64,000 nucleotides of DNA from Magnetococcales bacterium (GTDB lineage Bacteria; Pseudomonadota; Magnetococcia; Magnetococcales; JADGCH01). The position numbers and the translations under genes were made by a program. This document shows positions 1 through 9,322 of the stretch, one piece after another. A model generated the notes under the pieces. That model saw only the letters and a list, made by a program, of their open reading frames with translations. It was not told where the DNA came from and did not search any database. How positions within the stretch are numbered: the first letter of the stretch is position 1; each line of letters opens with the position of its first letter. The stretch is taken from positions 16,538 to 80,537 of the forward strand of contig JADGCH010000006.1 of NCBI GenBank assembly GCA_015229115.1. The letters run 5' to 3'.

Positions 1-1
1 A

Positions 2-388
2 CACCAGACGGGTAAAACGGGCCGACAACAGCAATGACTGCCAACCCTCCTGAAAAGTTGCAACGCTATCAGCCGCTAGACCCAGCAGCAACAATCCGTG
101 CGTCGCCACGGCATGATGATCACACCAGTGCCACAAGGCCTGTACATCAGCCTGTTGCAGCTGCGTTGGCACCAATGGAGCAACGGCCTGTTGCAAGACC
201 TCCGCGACAGGATAGCGTTGCGGATAGATCAGGATGACACGGCTGTCGTGCTGCACCAGTTGTTGTATCACATCAAATAGAGACTGGCACGGCACAGGAT
301 CAGCGTCCCAGTCGGTATAGACCATGGCCAAGGTGGTCCCGCGAAAGGCATCGAGAAAGAACTGCCGCTCAGAAAACAGCTCAGTCAT
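2..388 (-). CDS. Partial CDS running off the window edge; N-terminus resembles an ArgA/acetylglutamate-kinase-like domain
   Basis: Hand translation from ATG at 388 is open to the edge (MTELFSERQFFLDAFRGTTLAMVY...) and starts 6 bp after the lpdA stop. Family assignment is tentative. Confidence 0.5.
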   Translation of the reverse strand, partial: MTELFSERQFFLDAFRGTTLAMVYTDWDADPVPCQSLFDVIQQLVQHDSRVILIYPQRYPVAEVLQQAVAPLVPTQLQQADVQALWHWCDHHAVATHGLLLLGLAADSVATFQEGWQSLLLSARFTRLV

Positions 389-394
389 GCCAAG

Positions 395-1825
395 TCATCC
401 ATGAATAGCACGATGACAAGCCAGCAGAGCGGCTTCTTTCAATGCCTCGGCCAGCGATGGATGCGGAACCACCAGTTCTCCGAGTTGTCGGCTGCTCCAA
501 CCGTGCTGTAAAGCTGGCAGGGCCATGGCCATCATCTCGGAAGCCTGGGGACCACAGGCATGCACCCCCAATAACCGATCGTCTGCCGCAGCGGCAATGA
601 CCCTGACCACACCCACGGCACGGTCAGCCGCCTGGGCACGACCATTGGCAGCCAACAGGCATGAACCACTACGAACAGCAATCCCCTGAGACTGGGCCTG
701 CTGGGTCGTCATACCCATTGCGACCAGTTCAGGATCGGTATAAACGACATGAGGAATCACCCGCGACGAACAACGGGGCTCCCTCCCCTCCAGCCACTGT
801 TCAACACAGGCTATACCATCGTCTGTCGCCTTGTGGGCCAACATCGGACCATCAATCAGGTCACCAATGGCGAACAGCCCCGGAATGGAAGTCTCGAAAT
901 GTTCATCGACCACCATACGTCCAGCGGCACTATAGGCCAGTGGCAGGGACGACACGGCCTCTCTGTTAGGACAGCGGCCAACGGCTACCAGTACCCGATC
1001 AGCAGCCAGTTGTCGTACAGTACCCGTCCTGCCGTCCTGCACCGACAGCTCCACTTCGTTCTCCCTAACAGTGGTCGACACCACCGCATGATGGACCAAC
1101 AACGTGACCTGTTGTTGCCACAAACGCAGTGCCTGACGCACGACCAAGGCTTCCATACCAAGTAGTATATCGGGCTGACTTTCCACCAGCGTCACCTGAC
1201 TACCCAAGCGAGCCCACAGCGATCCCAGCTCCAGGCCAATGGCCCCCGCCCCCACTACCACTAACCGGCGTGGGATGGAAGTCCAGCTCAGAGCCGCGGC
1301 GGCGTCAACGATCCGATCTCCATCGTAGGGCAGCTGCGGCAGAGTCACCGCAACACTACCCATGGCCAGCAAAATTCTGGGAGCTTGCAGAAGGGTACCA
1401 TTCTCTCCGCTGTCGTCGTGATGCACGGCCACTAGGCCGGGTTGACGCACCTCGGCACGACCGCACACCATCGTGACACCCTGTTTTTTAAACAGGGCCG
1501 TTATGCCATCGGCCAACTTGTTGATAACACGCTGTTTACGCGCCATGAGTAAGGTCAGATCTGGTTGCAACGGTGCTACTGGCGATAGCAGATGGTGGGA
1601 GGTCAGGGTGTGGATCGCTTCGACATATTTATGGCTATCGTCGAGCAGGGCCTTGGACGGAATACAGCCGGCATGTAGGCAAGTGCCTCCTGGTGTCAGT
1701 CGCTGATCGATACATACCACCCGCCATCCCAGCTGTGCCGCCCGAATGGCGGCACTGTAGCCGCCCGGTCCAGCCCCTATGACAATCAGATCCCACAGGG
1801 TCTGGTTATTCCTTGCCATCATCAC
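395..1825 (-). CDS. lpdA: Dihydrolipoamide dehydrogenase
   Basis: GAGPGGY FAD motif, GGTCLHAGCIPSK redox disulfide, GAGAIGLE NAD motif, C-terminal HPSLAE. Confidence 0.93.
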   Translation of the reverse strand: MMMARNNQTLWDLIVIGAGPGGYSAAIRAAQLGWRVVCIDQRLTPGGTCLHAGCIPSKALLDDSHKYVEAIHTLTSHHLLSPVAPLQPDLTLLMARKQRVINKLADGITALFKKQGVTMVCGRAEVRQPGLVAVHHDDSGENGTLLQAPRILLAMGSVAVTLPQLPYDGDRIVDAAAALSWTSIPRRLVVVGAGAIGLELGSLWARLGSQVTLVESQPDILLGMEALVVRQALRLWQQQVTLLVHHAVVSTTVRENEVELSVQDGRTGTVRQLAADRVLVAVGRCPNREAVSSLPLAYSAAGRMVVDEHFETSIPGLFAIGDLIDGPMLAHKATDDGIACVEQWLEGREPRCSSRVIPHVVYTDPELVAMGMTTQQAQSQGIAVRSGSCLLAANGRAQAADRAVGVVRVIAAAADDRLLGVHACGPQASEMMAMALPALQHGWSSRQLGELVVPHPSLAEALKEAALLACHRAIHG

Positions 1826-1915
1826 AACTTCCTAAGGGTAGAAATTTCATTGAACAGGAACCCGGTCATACGGTAATCTGTCGGCTTGGGTCATCCTCTT
1901 GAAAGGAATCCGGTC

Positions 1916-2263
1916 ATGAACCTTACTCGGTTGGTACAACGACTTTTTATGTCGGTTATGGTCTATGCGGCCAATAGGGGTATTGCCTTGGCGCAATACA
2001 TGCTCGGCGTGATTTACGATCAGGGCAAAGGCGTACCACAGGATCCGGCTGAAGCCGTTAAGTGGTTTCGTATGGCTGCTGAACAGGGCTACGCCGATGC
2101 CCAGTTCAGTCTTGGTGGGTTGTATGCCAACGGACTGGGTGTAGCACGGGACAACAGGGAAGCCTTGAAATGGTTGCGTATGGCCGCTGAACAGGGACAC
2201 GAACACGCCAAGCAACTCATTGAGGCCATGGATAGCCCCAACAGGGGCAGCCGCGCACGCTAG
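1916..2263 (+). CDS. Sel1-like repeat protein
   Basis: Two Sel1 repeats (AQYMLGVIYDQGKGVPQDPAEAVKWFRMAAEQG); AAAGGA RBS before ATG 1916. Confidence 0.85.
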   Translation: MNLTRLVQRLFMSVMVYAANRGIALAQYMLGVIYDQGKGVPQDPAEAVKWFRMAAEQGYADAQFSLGGLYANGLGVARDNREALKWLRMAAEQGHEHAKQLIEAMDSPNRGSRAR

Positions 2264-3123
2264 TCATCTTGCAGTATCCCGTCTAGGCTGTCACACTCAT
2301 CGGCGGTCAGCTCGAAGTTGAAAATGGCCAGGTCTTCCCGCATGTGCGTTGCCGACGTGGTACCCGTCAAAGGGACAACCCCGATCTGGCTCAGGTAGCG
2401 CAACAGCACCTGTTCGGTACTACGGCGATATTGGTCTGCAATAGCCCGCAGCAAAGGGTGGTTTAACACGGCTGGGTTGGCCGACAGGGTCCAAAAACTC
2501 TGGTAGACGATCTGGTGCTGCTGACAGAACGCTCTTAAAGAGCGGTCATACCCCGTGGCGGCATAAAAACGGTTCTGAAGCACGGCCGGTTTGACACCAG
2601 CCATTTGATGGAGCCCCTGTAACTGCTGTAAATCGTAGCAATTGCTGATGCCTAGTTGCCTGACGTGACCGCTATGGAAAAGCTGCTCCATGGCCTGCCA
2701 TACTTGCTGTGTCTGTGATACTGTGGCCAAGGGAGAGTGCAGTACCAGACAATCCAGGTAGCTGGTTTGCAAATTGCTGAGAGAAACGTGTAACGATTGC
2801 TCAACCTGCTCACCAAGCGTGGCCTCAGGATTATAGGGAACCCTCAGTGGATCCTGTCCAGCCAGGGGGGTGAATTTGCTCTGCAAATAAAACTCTGCCC
2901 GGGTAACACCGCACTGGATGCTGGCTACCGCTACGCCATGGCCAACACCTGCTTCATGATAATGTTTGGGTTGACAGGCCGTGTCGATACCACGAAAACC
3001 AAGCGCAATGGCCTGCTCTACCAGTGCGGCCGTACGCTCTTTTTTCCAGGCGGTACCGTAGATAATCCGGGGCATGGTTACCCCATAGCTGGATAACAGG
3101 CTACTGGTATCGTTATCGTTCAT
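2260..3123 (-). CDS. Aldo/keto reductase family protein
   Basis: MPRIIYGTAWK, GFRGIDTA, YLDCLVLHSP, LGISN motifs. Confidence 0.88.
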   Translation of the reverse strand: MNDNDTSSLLSSYGVTMPRIIYGTAWKKERTAALVEQAIALGFRGIDTACQPKHYHEAGVGHGVAVASIQCGVTRAEFYLQSKFTPLAGQDPLRVPYNPEATLGEQVEQSLHVSLSNLQTSYLDCLVLHSPLATVSQTQQVWQAMEQLFHSGHVRQLGISNCYDLQQLQGLHQMAGVKPAVLQNRFYAATGYDRSLRAFCQQHQIVYQSFWTLSANPAVLNHPLLRAIADQYRRSTEQVLLRYLSQIGVVPLTGTTSATHMREDLAIFNFELTADECDSLDGILQDD

Positions 3124-3629
3124 GGGTCACGCCCCCCTGCTCTCTCTGGATGGAATGGTGTACATTGTACGAGTTCAGCAGCAAACAGTTGCTGTACAGC
3201 ACGAATCGCGTCGTGATGGCGCACCCGCTGCTCCAAATGCTGTTGTGCATCCATCTGGTGACGATCGGCTGTTTCCTGCAACGTCTCCGGACGCTGCAGC
3301 GATGGTATTGTTTCATGGCTGCTGTCTGGAACGGATGGAGCCGCCAGCACGGCAACACGGCAGTGATAACCCATTGTTTGCAGCGCCTCGACCAGGGCGT
3401 GCTGCAATCGCTTGGGCACACCGAAACAGTCATTGGTCAATTGCAGCTGCAACGACAGCAACGGGTCTGTACCATCCTGATGATCGATCCATCGAAAATC
3501 AAGACAAACAATCTGTTGTCTCAGTTTAAGTGCCAGGGAAGACTGATCCGGACAACGGCCCACGGCATCGACTAATTCGGCCCAACAACCCGCTTTGCTA
3601 CTTTTGCTACTATTTAGAAAAGTTTTTTT
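3120..3629 (-). CDS. dnaX: DNA polymerase III tau C-terminal region, in the -1 frame relative to dnaX
   Basis: Frame is open from the A9 run (KKTFLNSSKSSKAGCWAELVDAVGR...) to the stop at 3120; the WxELV start resembles tau C-terminal domains. Confidence 0.7.
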   Translation of the reverse strand, partial: KKTFLNSSKSSKAGCWAELVDAVGRCPDQSSLALKLRQQIVCLDFRWIDHQDGTDPLLSLQLQLTNDCFGVPKRLQHALVEALQTMGYHCRVAVLAAPSVPDSSHETIPSLQRPETLQETADRHQMDAQQHLEQRVRHHDAIRAVQQLFAAELVQCTPFHPERAGGRDP

Positions 3630-4789
3630 TTATCCGGTATCGTGACTTGGCCGTCTGACGACGTCAACAGACGTTCGATCAGACCATCCATATCGGGCAC
3701 AGGACGCAGATGAACAGCCCGCAACAGGGCCATCTCCAATGCCTGCCAAGGTATGTCAGCCTGACGGATATCCTGCGTGGCTCGCAACAGCAACTGGTAA
3801 ATCATCTGCAACTGCTCCTGGGAAGCGGCTGCTACCAGCTCCAGCAACGGTTGCTGATCTGGATTGGCCTGTGCATCAGCGGCTGCAATGGGTACCACGT
3901 GGAGCAACGTCAGTTCATGCAGCAATTCAAGCAAATGGTTGATCAGCGCCGTCGGTTCGACCCCATCGCGATAAAACAGGGTTGTTGCCTGCAGTACAGC
4001 CGCAGCATCACCCCGCAGCAAGGATTGCAGCAAGGCCATGACGGCATGACGATCGGTCAGCCCCAGTAATGTATACACCATCTGCCAACGGACTTGGCCG
4101 TTACCGTGGACAATAGCCTGATCCAGCAGTGATAATCCGTCCCGTACCGAGCCATCGGCCTGACGGGCAATCAGGTCTAGGGCTGCCGGCTCAAAGTCAA
4201 TCTGTTCTGTCGTTAAAATATGGCTGAAATGGTCTGTCAACTGGGCGCGAGTGAGCCGTTTCAGATCGTGACGTTGACAACGGCTGAGGATGGTGGCCGG
4301 AATCTTGCGCGCCTCGGTCGTGGCAAAAATGAATTTTACATGGGGAGGAGGCTCCTCCAAGGTCTTTAATAACGCATTGAACGACTGCGTGGTCAGCATA
4401 TGCACTTCGTCGAGAATGTAGATTCTGAATCGCGCCAACGCCGGCGTATAGCGCACGGTATCGAGAATCTCGCGCATCTGATCGACCTTGGTACGCGACG
4501 CGGCATCAACCTCCAGCACGTCAGGATGTTTGCCGGACAGAATCTCCAGGCAAGATGGGCACTGTCGACAGGGCTGCGATGTAACACCACCGTGGCAGCT
4601 CAGACAAAGTGCCAACAAACGGGCCAACGTCGTCTTGCCAACACCACGAATACCGGTAAACAGGAAAGCGTGCGGTAGCCGCCCACTGCTCAACGCGTTA
4701 CTGAGCGTTTGGACGACGTGAGGCTGACCAACCAGATCATCGAATCGATAGGGTCGCCATTTACGAGCCAGCACAACATAAGAAGACAT
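3614..4789 (-). CDS. dnaX: DNA polymerase III subunit gamma/tau (zero-frame, gamma-length product)
   Basis: MSSYVVLARKWRP, Walker A GIRGVGKTT, Zn-binding Cys cluster, DEVHML, SRC motif; ends DKKKLF*. Confidence 0.95.
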   Translation of the reverse strand: MSSYVVLARKWRPYRFDDLVGQPHVVQTLSNALSSGRLPHAFLFTGIRGVGKTTLARLLALCLSCHGGVTSQPCRQCPSCLEILSGKHPDVLEVDAASRTKVDQMREILDTVRYTPALARFRIYILDEVHMLTTQSFNALLKTLEEPPPHVKFIFATTEARKIPATILSRCQRHDLKRLTRAQLTDHFSHILTTEQIDFEPAALDLIARQADGSVRDGLSLLDQAIVHGNGQVRWQMVYTLLGLTDRHAVMALLQSLLRGDAAAVLQATTLFYRDGVEPTALINHLLELLHELTLLHVVPIAAADAQANPDQQPLLELVAAASQEQLQMIYQLLLRATQDIRQADIPWQALEMALLRAVHLRPVPDMDGLIERLLTSSDGQVTIPDKKKLF

Positions 4790-4893
4790 CGCACAACCGG
4801 CCCAGGCTAATATCCAAATAGATGGGGGAGTCCCCTCCACCCCCAACCATGAAACTCTCGTTGTGACTTTCTTGGTCAACGTTGAGGGGGTAA

Positions 4894-5007
4894 GGGCGGC
4901 TGCTATCAGGCTTACCGCGGCACACGAATGATCCGGCTACCGCTGCTACCTTCCGGTCCTGACGGGGTTAACCAGCCTTCGTTGCGCGACTCCTGACAGA
5001 ACCGCCC
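4894..5007 (-). ncRNA. ffs: Signal recognition particle RNA (4.5S, small bacterial type)
   Basis: Minus strand has the domain IV motif TCAGGACCGGAAGGTAGCAG and pairing ends GGGCGG...CCGCCC; typical position upstream of dnaX. Confidence 0.92.
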
Positions 5008-5023
5008 ATCGGTGGATCGACAC

Positions 5024-6238
5024 TCAGCTAAAAAGTCCCTTGAACAACAGGAACAGCAGTGTTGCCAAAACGGCTGTCACCGGCCATGTAACAATCCAGG
5101 AGGTTACGATAGCACCGATGACACGAAAGTCAAGGGAAGCTGTACCGCTTGCCTTCATCGACCCCATAACGGCGACCGTAACAATATAACCTGTTGGTAC
5201 CGGTAATCCCATCCTGGTGGCTGTCAACACGGTGACCGCCGCCGCCAGAATGGCACAAAAACCACGTGCCGAAGCCAATACATGCCGTTGGGCACCTGTA
5301 GCGGTCATGACATGATAGCCATAAGCTGCCAATCCAGCCATCATACCAACAGCGCCTATGAGAAGCGGTCCAATCGATCGCTGTTCAGTGGCCACAGCCG
5401 TGATAACCGCCGTCATCGGTGCCACGCCGTTGGCTACCTCGTTGGAACCGTAAGCAAACGCCATGGCAGCACCAGCAAATGGCATCACAACGGCAAATAA
5501 CGTGTCAACCTGTGCTGCCGTCTCGACCCCAGTCAGCAGGACTCGACTGGCCCGTGCCACCAACCAGCCAACCAAAAGTGCGCTCGGCCAGAGCCAGCCA
5601 GCCAGATCAATATGAAAATGGTGTAAACCGTACTGTAGACCCGTTTCGGTGATCCAGACCGCTACCCCAAAAAGGAAAAACGGAATGATGCGTCGCGCCT
5701 GCAAGCAGGGTTGGGGATGGTCAAGCACCAACCAGAAGACCGTCCTCATCAGCAGCCAAGCCAGCAACCCAGCCAACAGGGGAAACAGTACCCAAGCCAT
5801 CAGGATCGATCCAATGACATACCACTGTATCGCATGCCTCCCCATCGTTAACAAGGCAACACCGGCCATGGCACCAACAACAGCCTGTGTCGCGACCACT
5901 GGCCAGCCCTTGGCCGCTGCCAGCACCATCCAGATGGAGGTAGCCAGTAATGTGGCCAACATGCTGTAGACCAACCACTCCGGCCTATCGGTAAAGGCTT
6001 GGGAAAAGAGGAGCTGGTGCTGCAAGGTAGCTGTCACAGGACCACCCACCAGAACAGCACCCAACAATCCGGAGATGACCACAATCACCCTGGATGTTCT
6101 GATGCGGACGGGATTGGAGTCCGTGACGATCCCCATGATGTGCACGGCACCATGGGCCCCCACGCTCCAGGTGACATGCAAGCCGAGGATGATTGACAGG
6201 GCGACAAAGATCATCCCATAATGCGCGATAATCTCCAT
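5024..6238 (-). CDS. PiT/PHO4-family inorganic anion transporter with degenerate signature motifs
   Basis: Multi-TM PiT architecture: AAAKGWPV, AFAYGSNEVAN, RGFCA, GLPV, SWIVTWP. Confidence 0.8.
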   Translation of the reverse strand: MEIIAHYGMIFVALSIILGLHVTWSVGAHGAVHIMGIVTDSNPVRIRTSRVIVVISGLLGAVLVGGPVTATLQHQLLFSQAFTDRPEWLVYSMLATLLATSIWMVLAAAKGWPVVATQAVVGAMAGVALLTMGRHAIQWYVIGSILMAWVLFPLLAGLLAWLLMRTVFWLVLDHPQPCLQARRIIPFFLFGVAVWITETGLQYGLHHFHIDLAGWLWPSALLVGWLVARASRVLLTGVETAAQVDTLFAVVMPFAGAAMAFAYGSNEVANGVAPMTAVITAVATEQRSIGPLLIGAVGMMAGLAAYGYHVMTATGAQRHVLASARGFCAILAAAVTVLTATRMGLPVPTGYIVTVAVMGSMKASGTASLDFRVIGAIVTSWIVTWPVTAVLATLLFLLFKGLFS

Positions 6239-6287
6239 AGGATACCGAATGCCCCGCTCAACTCAAGTCAGTTAGGATGGATAGACC

Positions 6288-7133
6288 GTGAAACGAATTG
6301 GTGCCCATGTTTCGGCTGCTGGAGGTGTGGCCCAGACACCGGCAACGGCTCATGCGATTGGTGCGACGGCCTTTGCCCTGTTCGTCAAGAACCAGCGCCA
6401 GTGGCAAGCCCCGCCACTTTCGAGCGATCAGATTGCCCAGTTTCGCGACGCCATGCAACAGTACAACTACCGTCCTCAAGATATCCTGCCACACGACAGT
6501 TACCTGATCAACCTGGGCCATCCAGAAGAGGATCTGCGTCGTAAATCGCTGCAGGCCCTGATCGATGAGATGGAGCGCTGTCGCTCCCTTGGTCTGTCCA
6601 TGATCAACACCCACCCGGGCAGTCACCTCAACAAGACGGACCCCAGTCACTGCCTGCAGCTGATTGCTGATTCGATCAATCAAGCCGTTGCAGCTGTCGA
6701 CGACGTTATCATCGTGCTGGAAAACTGCGCCGGTCAGGGAACCAATGTTGGTTACCGTTTTGAACAGTTGGCCGAGATTTTCAGCCAGGTCAAGGACCCT
6801 TCCCGTGTTGGATTTTGCCTGGACACCTGTCACGCATTCGCTGCCGGCTACGACCTCACGACCGAACAGGGATACGATCAAACCATGGCCGAGTTTGACC
6901 GCCTGATCGGACTGCAGCACATCCGCGGTGTTCATCTCAACGACTCCAAGGCCGCCTTTGGATCACGGGTTGATCGCCATCACAATCTGGGCCAAGGCCA
7001 CATTGGCCTGACACCATTCCGCTGCATGATGTCAGACAGCCGCTTCAACGAGCGCCCACTGATCCTGGAAACAGTCGACCATAACCTATGGCCAGAAGAA
7101 ATCAGACTGTTGCTGTCTTTTTGCCCGGACTGA
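6288..7133 (+). CDS. nfo: Endonuclease IV
   Basis: IGAHVSAAGG, PHDSYLINLG, HPGSH, ENCAGQG, CLDTCHAFAAGYD, HLNDSK, DRHHNLG. Confidence 0.95.
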   Translation: MKRIGAHVSAAGGVAQTPATAHAIGATAFALFVKNQRQWQAPPLSSDQIAQFRDAMQQYNYRPQDILPHDSYLINLGHPEEDLRRKSLQALIDEMERCRSLGLSMINTHPGSHLNKTDPSHCLQLIADSINQAVAAVDDVIIVLENCAGQGTNVGYRFEQLAEIFSQVKDPSRVGFCLDTCHAFAAGYDLTTEQGYDQTMAEFDRLIGLQHIRGVHLNDSKAAFGSRVDRHHNLGQGHIGLTPFRCMMSDSRFNERPLILETVDHNLWPEEIRLLLSFCPD

Positions 7134-7134
7134 C

Positions 7135-8781
7135 TCAAAACCTGAAATAACGCGTCAGGACATGATTGATGTCAATGATCGGCAGACCGCCGAGTTTTTT
7201 GACCTGCTTCTGCTGTTTCTTGGTCGGTGCGGCCATCGTCGGCTGTAGCGATGTTTTAGGCGGTGGTAATGGCGGTGAGCGCTTCTTACGTTTGGAAGAC
7301 TTAGCCAGACCGGTTGGCTCAATGGGCAGCACACCTACCTCAGAAGCAACCCCATGATCACAAGCCTCATTGATGGCTTCTGTCTCCGTGCTAGTCGAGT
7401 CATCCTCCTGATTCTCATCCCCCTGATTCTGGTTCCCGCTGTTCACCTCTTCCTGAGTCGTATCCGCAGCAGCATCTGCGACCGTCTCTGCCTCGGTCAC
7501 TGCCTCTGTGCCACCATCATCGGACACAGCCGACTCAACAGGCAAATCATCCTCCGAATCACCACTGTCGTCACTGATGACAGAAGGCAATTGCTCGGAC
7601 CGGAACGTCTCTGCCGCATTTTTCCAGGCTACATCACTTTGATCAGCCGCAACGGTGTCAACAGGCTGCTCCTCTACGTGACAACCGCTGCTGTACAATA
7701 AATCCTCGTCACCGAGCTCCGCATGCTCCGAAACTGACTCTGCTGTACCGATAATAACCGAGGCGTGGGATGGCTGCCGTTCCGCCCCATCATCCGCTCC
7801 TTCCTCCTCATCCTCGTCAACCAGCATCTTCGACAAGACTGCCACCATAGCCGCCGCATCCTCATCGACAGGCTCAGCATCAACCTCAGTCCCAAGATCA
7901 GCCTCCGGCTCAGTCTCAACCTCTGGTTCGGACTCCGGTTCAGGCTCGGCCTCATCTTCCGGCTCAACCTCGACCTCATCTTCCGGCTCAGTATCAACCT
8001 CTGGTTCGGGCTCCGGTTCAGACTCGGCCTCAGCTTCCGACTCAACCTCAGCTTCCGGCTCAGCCTCAATTTCCTGCTCGGGTTCCGCTTCCGGTTCTGC
8101 TTCCGGCTCAACCTCGGCCTCTGGCTCGGGTCCCGACTCAGACTCAGACTCAACTTCCGGCTCGGGTTCGGCCTCCGGCTCAGGTTCGACCTCAGCCTCT
8201 GGCTCATGTCCGGCCTCAGGTAATTCCTCCAGAGCAGATGCTTCAGACGCGGGCTTCATGGCAGGAGGCGGTTCAGGGGCTGTTGTCACTTCCGTGCTAT
8301 GGCTGACGACAGAAACTGCCGGAGCTGACGCGGTATCTTCTTCATCATTTTCCAACGAAAAACTGAAACAGGTGGTCAGATTTAGAATCAACAGCAACCC
8401 TTGGTCCAGCTTACCGATACCGTGCAGGAAGGCTGCATTGAGGCGCAACCCAATGGCAGGAGCCGGCTCGATGGTCGCTGGATCGATATCGATCACCTCC
8501 TGGACGGAATCGACCAAGGCTCCATACACGACCTTGTTTTTACGCTGACTGATTTCAAGGATGATGATACAGGTATCTTTGGTAAAACCAGCCGGAGGAC
8601 GACCAATGCGCATGCGCACGTCTATGACGGGGATAACGTCACCACGCAGGTGAATAACGCCACGAATGAACTCGTTCACACGGGCGATCTTCGTCATCTG
8701 GGTGACTTCCAGGACCTCTTTGACCTGGTCGATGGAAACCCCGAAAATTTCTCCGGCAATCTTGAAAGTAAGTAATTTCAT
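7135..8781 (-). CDS. cheW: CheW domain fused to a long acidic low-complexity tail
   Basis: First ~140 aa are CheW-like ([37 protein letters not shown]), followed by Glu/Pro/Ala/Asp-rich sequence. Confidence 0.85.
   Translation of the reverse strand: MKLLTFKIAGEIFGVSIDQVKEVLEVTQMTKIARVNEFIRGVIHLRGDVIPVIDVRMRIGRPPAGFTKDTCIIILEISQRKNKVVYGALVDSVQEVIDIDPATIEPAPAIGLRLNAAFLHGIGKLDQGLLLILNLTTCFSFSLENDEEDTASAPAVSVVSHSTEVTTAPEPPPAMKPASEASALEELPEAGHEPEAEVEPEPEAEPEPEVESESESGPEPEAEVEPEAEPEAEPEQEIEAEPEAEVESEAEAESEPEPEPEVDTEPEDEVEVEPEDEAEPEPESEPEVETEPEADLGTEVDAEPVDEDAAAMVAVLSKMLVDEDEEEGADDGAERQPSHASVIIGTAESVSEHAELGDEDLLYSSGCHVEEQPVDTVAADQSDVAWKNAAETFRSEQLPSVISDDSGDSEDDLPVESAVSDDGGTEAVTEAETVADAAADTTQEEVNSGNQNQGDENQEDDSTSTETEAINEACDHGVASEVGVLPIEPTGLAKSSKRKKRSPPLPPPKTSLQPTMAAPTKKQQKQVKKLGGLPIIDINHVLTRYFRF
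7890..8205 (-). repeat. Degenerate hexanucleotide tandem repeat encoding (EP/EA/EV)n
   Basis: GAGCCG/GAGGCT/GAGGTT/GAACCG units encode [13 protein letters not shown]...; boundaries approximate. Confidence 0.85.
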
Positions 8782-8786
8782 GCTAT

Positions 8787-9122
8787 CTAACGTGTAAATA
8801 AGGCAATAATGAATAGGATTGAGAAAAAGACGATGCTTAGAACAAGACCCGAGTTACTGTCCCTCTTGACATGATCAACCCGCCTTTCCAGCTGGTTGAT
8901 GTGGTTGCCGGAGCGTGAAGCGGTCTCGTGGAGATCCTTGACGGTCTGATGTAGTCTGGCCAGATCTTCCTGTTTCTTATGGGCCTCTTCACCAATACCG
9001 GATTGCGTCTCGCAAACGGCCAACCTGGCCTTCAGGGCATCCATTTCTGTCTCAAGGGTCGCCAGACGCTCTTCGATGTCTACCAGCAGTTTGATAAAAG
9101 CTTCGGTCTTGTCTTCTGCCAT
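8787..9122 (-). CDS. Coiled-coil protein with C-terminal membrane anchor
   Basis: Heptad-rich sequence with a hydrophobic C-terminus ([18 protein letters not shown]); 5 bp upstream of cheW. Confidence 0.7.
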   Translation of the reverse strand: MAEDKTEAFIKLLVDIEERLATLETEMDALKARLAVCETQSGIGEEAHKKQEDLARLHQTVKDLHETASRSGNHINQLERRVDHVKRDSNSGLVLSIVFFSILFIIALFTR

Positions 9123-9166
9123 TCTGCCTTATCCCACTTTTGATTTAGAAATACCCGACCTAAAGC

Positions 9167-9253
9167 TGGTACCCACACCCAGAATCGAACTGGGACGGCC
9201 TCGCGGCCAACGGATTTTAAGTCCGTAGCGTCTACCTATTCCGCCATGTGGGC
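9167..9253 (-). tRNA. tRNA-Leu (anticodon TAA)
   Basis: GCCCACATGGCGGAATAGGTAGACGC...ACGGA-CTTAAAA-TCCGT, long variable arm, GTTCGATTC T-loop, encoded CCA; 87 nt. Confidence 0.95.
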
Positions 9254-9322
9254 ACGCATAGCCATTTCATTGTCTACTGGCGCCATCAAAAATGCAAGGA
9301 ATTAACAGTCAGCGTACACCAT

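Noticed and set aside
4790-4879. 30-aa N-terminal extension of dnaX in the ORF track
   Set aside because: DnaX homology begins at MSSYVVLARKWRP (ATG 4789); the extension is the ffs-dnaX spacer.
6258-6935. 225-aa antisense ORF over nfo, and similar ones over ccoN, dsbA and alaC/hom
   Set aside because: Shadow ORFs overlapping well-supported genes.
7890-8205. Repeat region as a possible CRISPR array
   Set aside because: Short degenerate in-frame coding repeats, no constant repeat with unique spacers, and no cas genes.
7674-8223. Arg/Leu/Ser-rich repetitive ORFs in alternative frames
   Set aside because: Off-frame and antisense readings of the cheW hexamer repeat.
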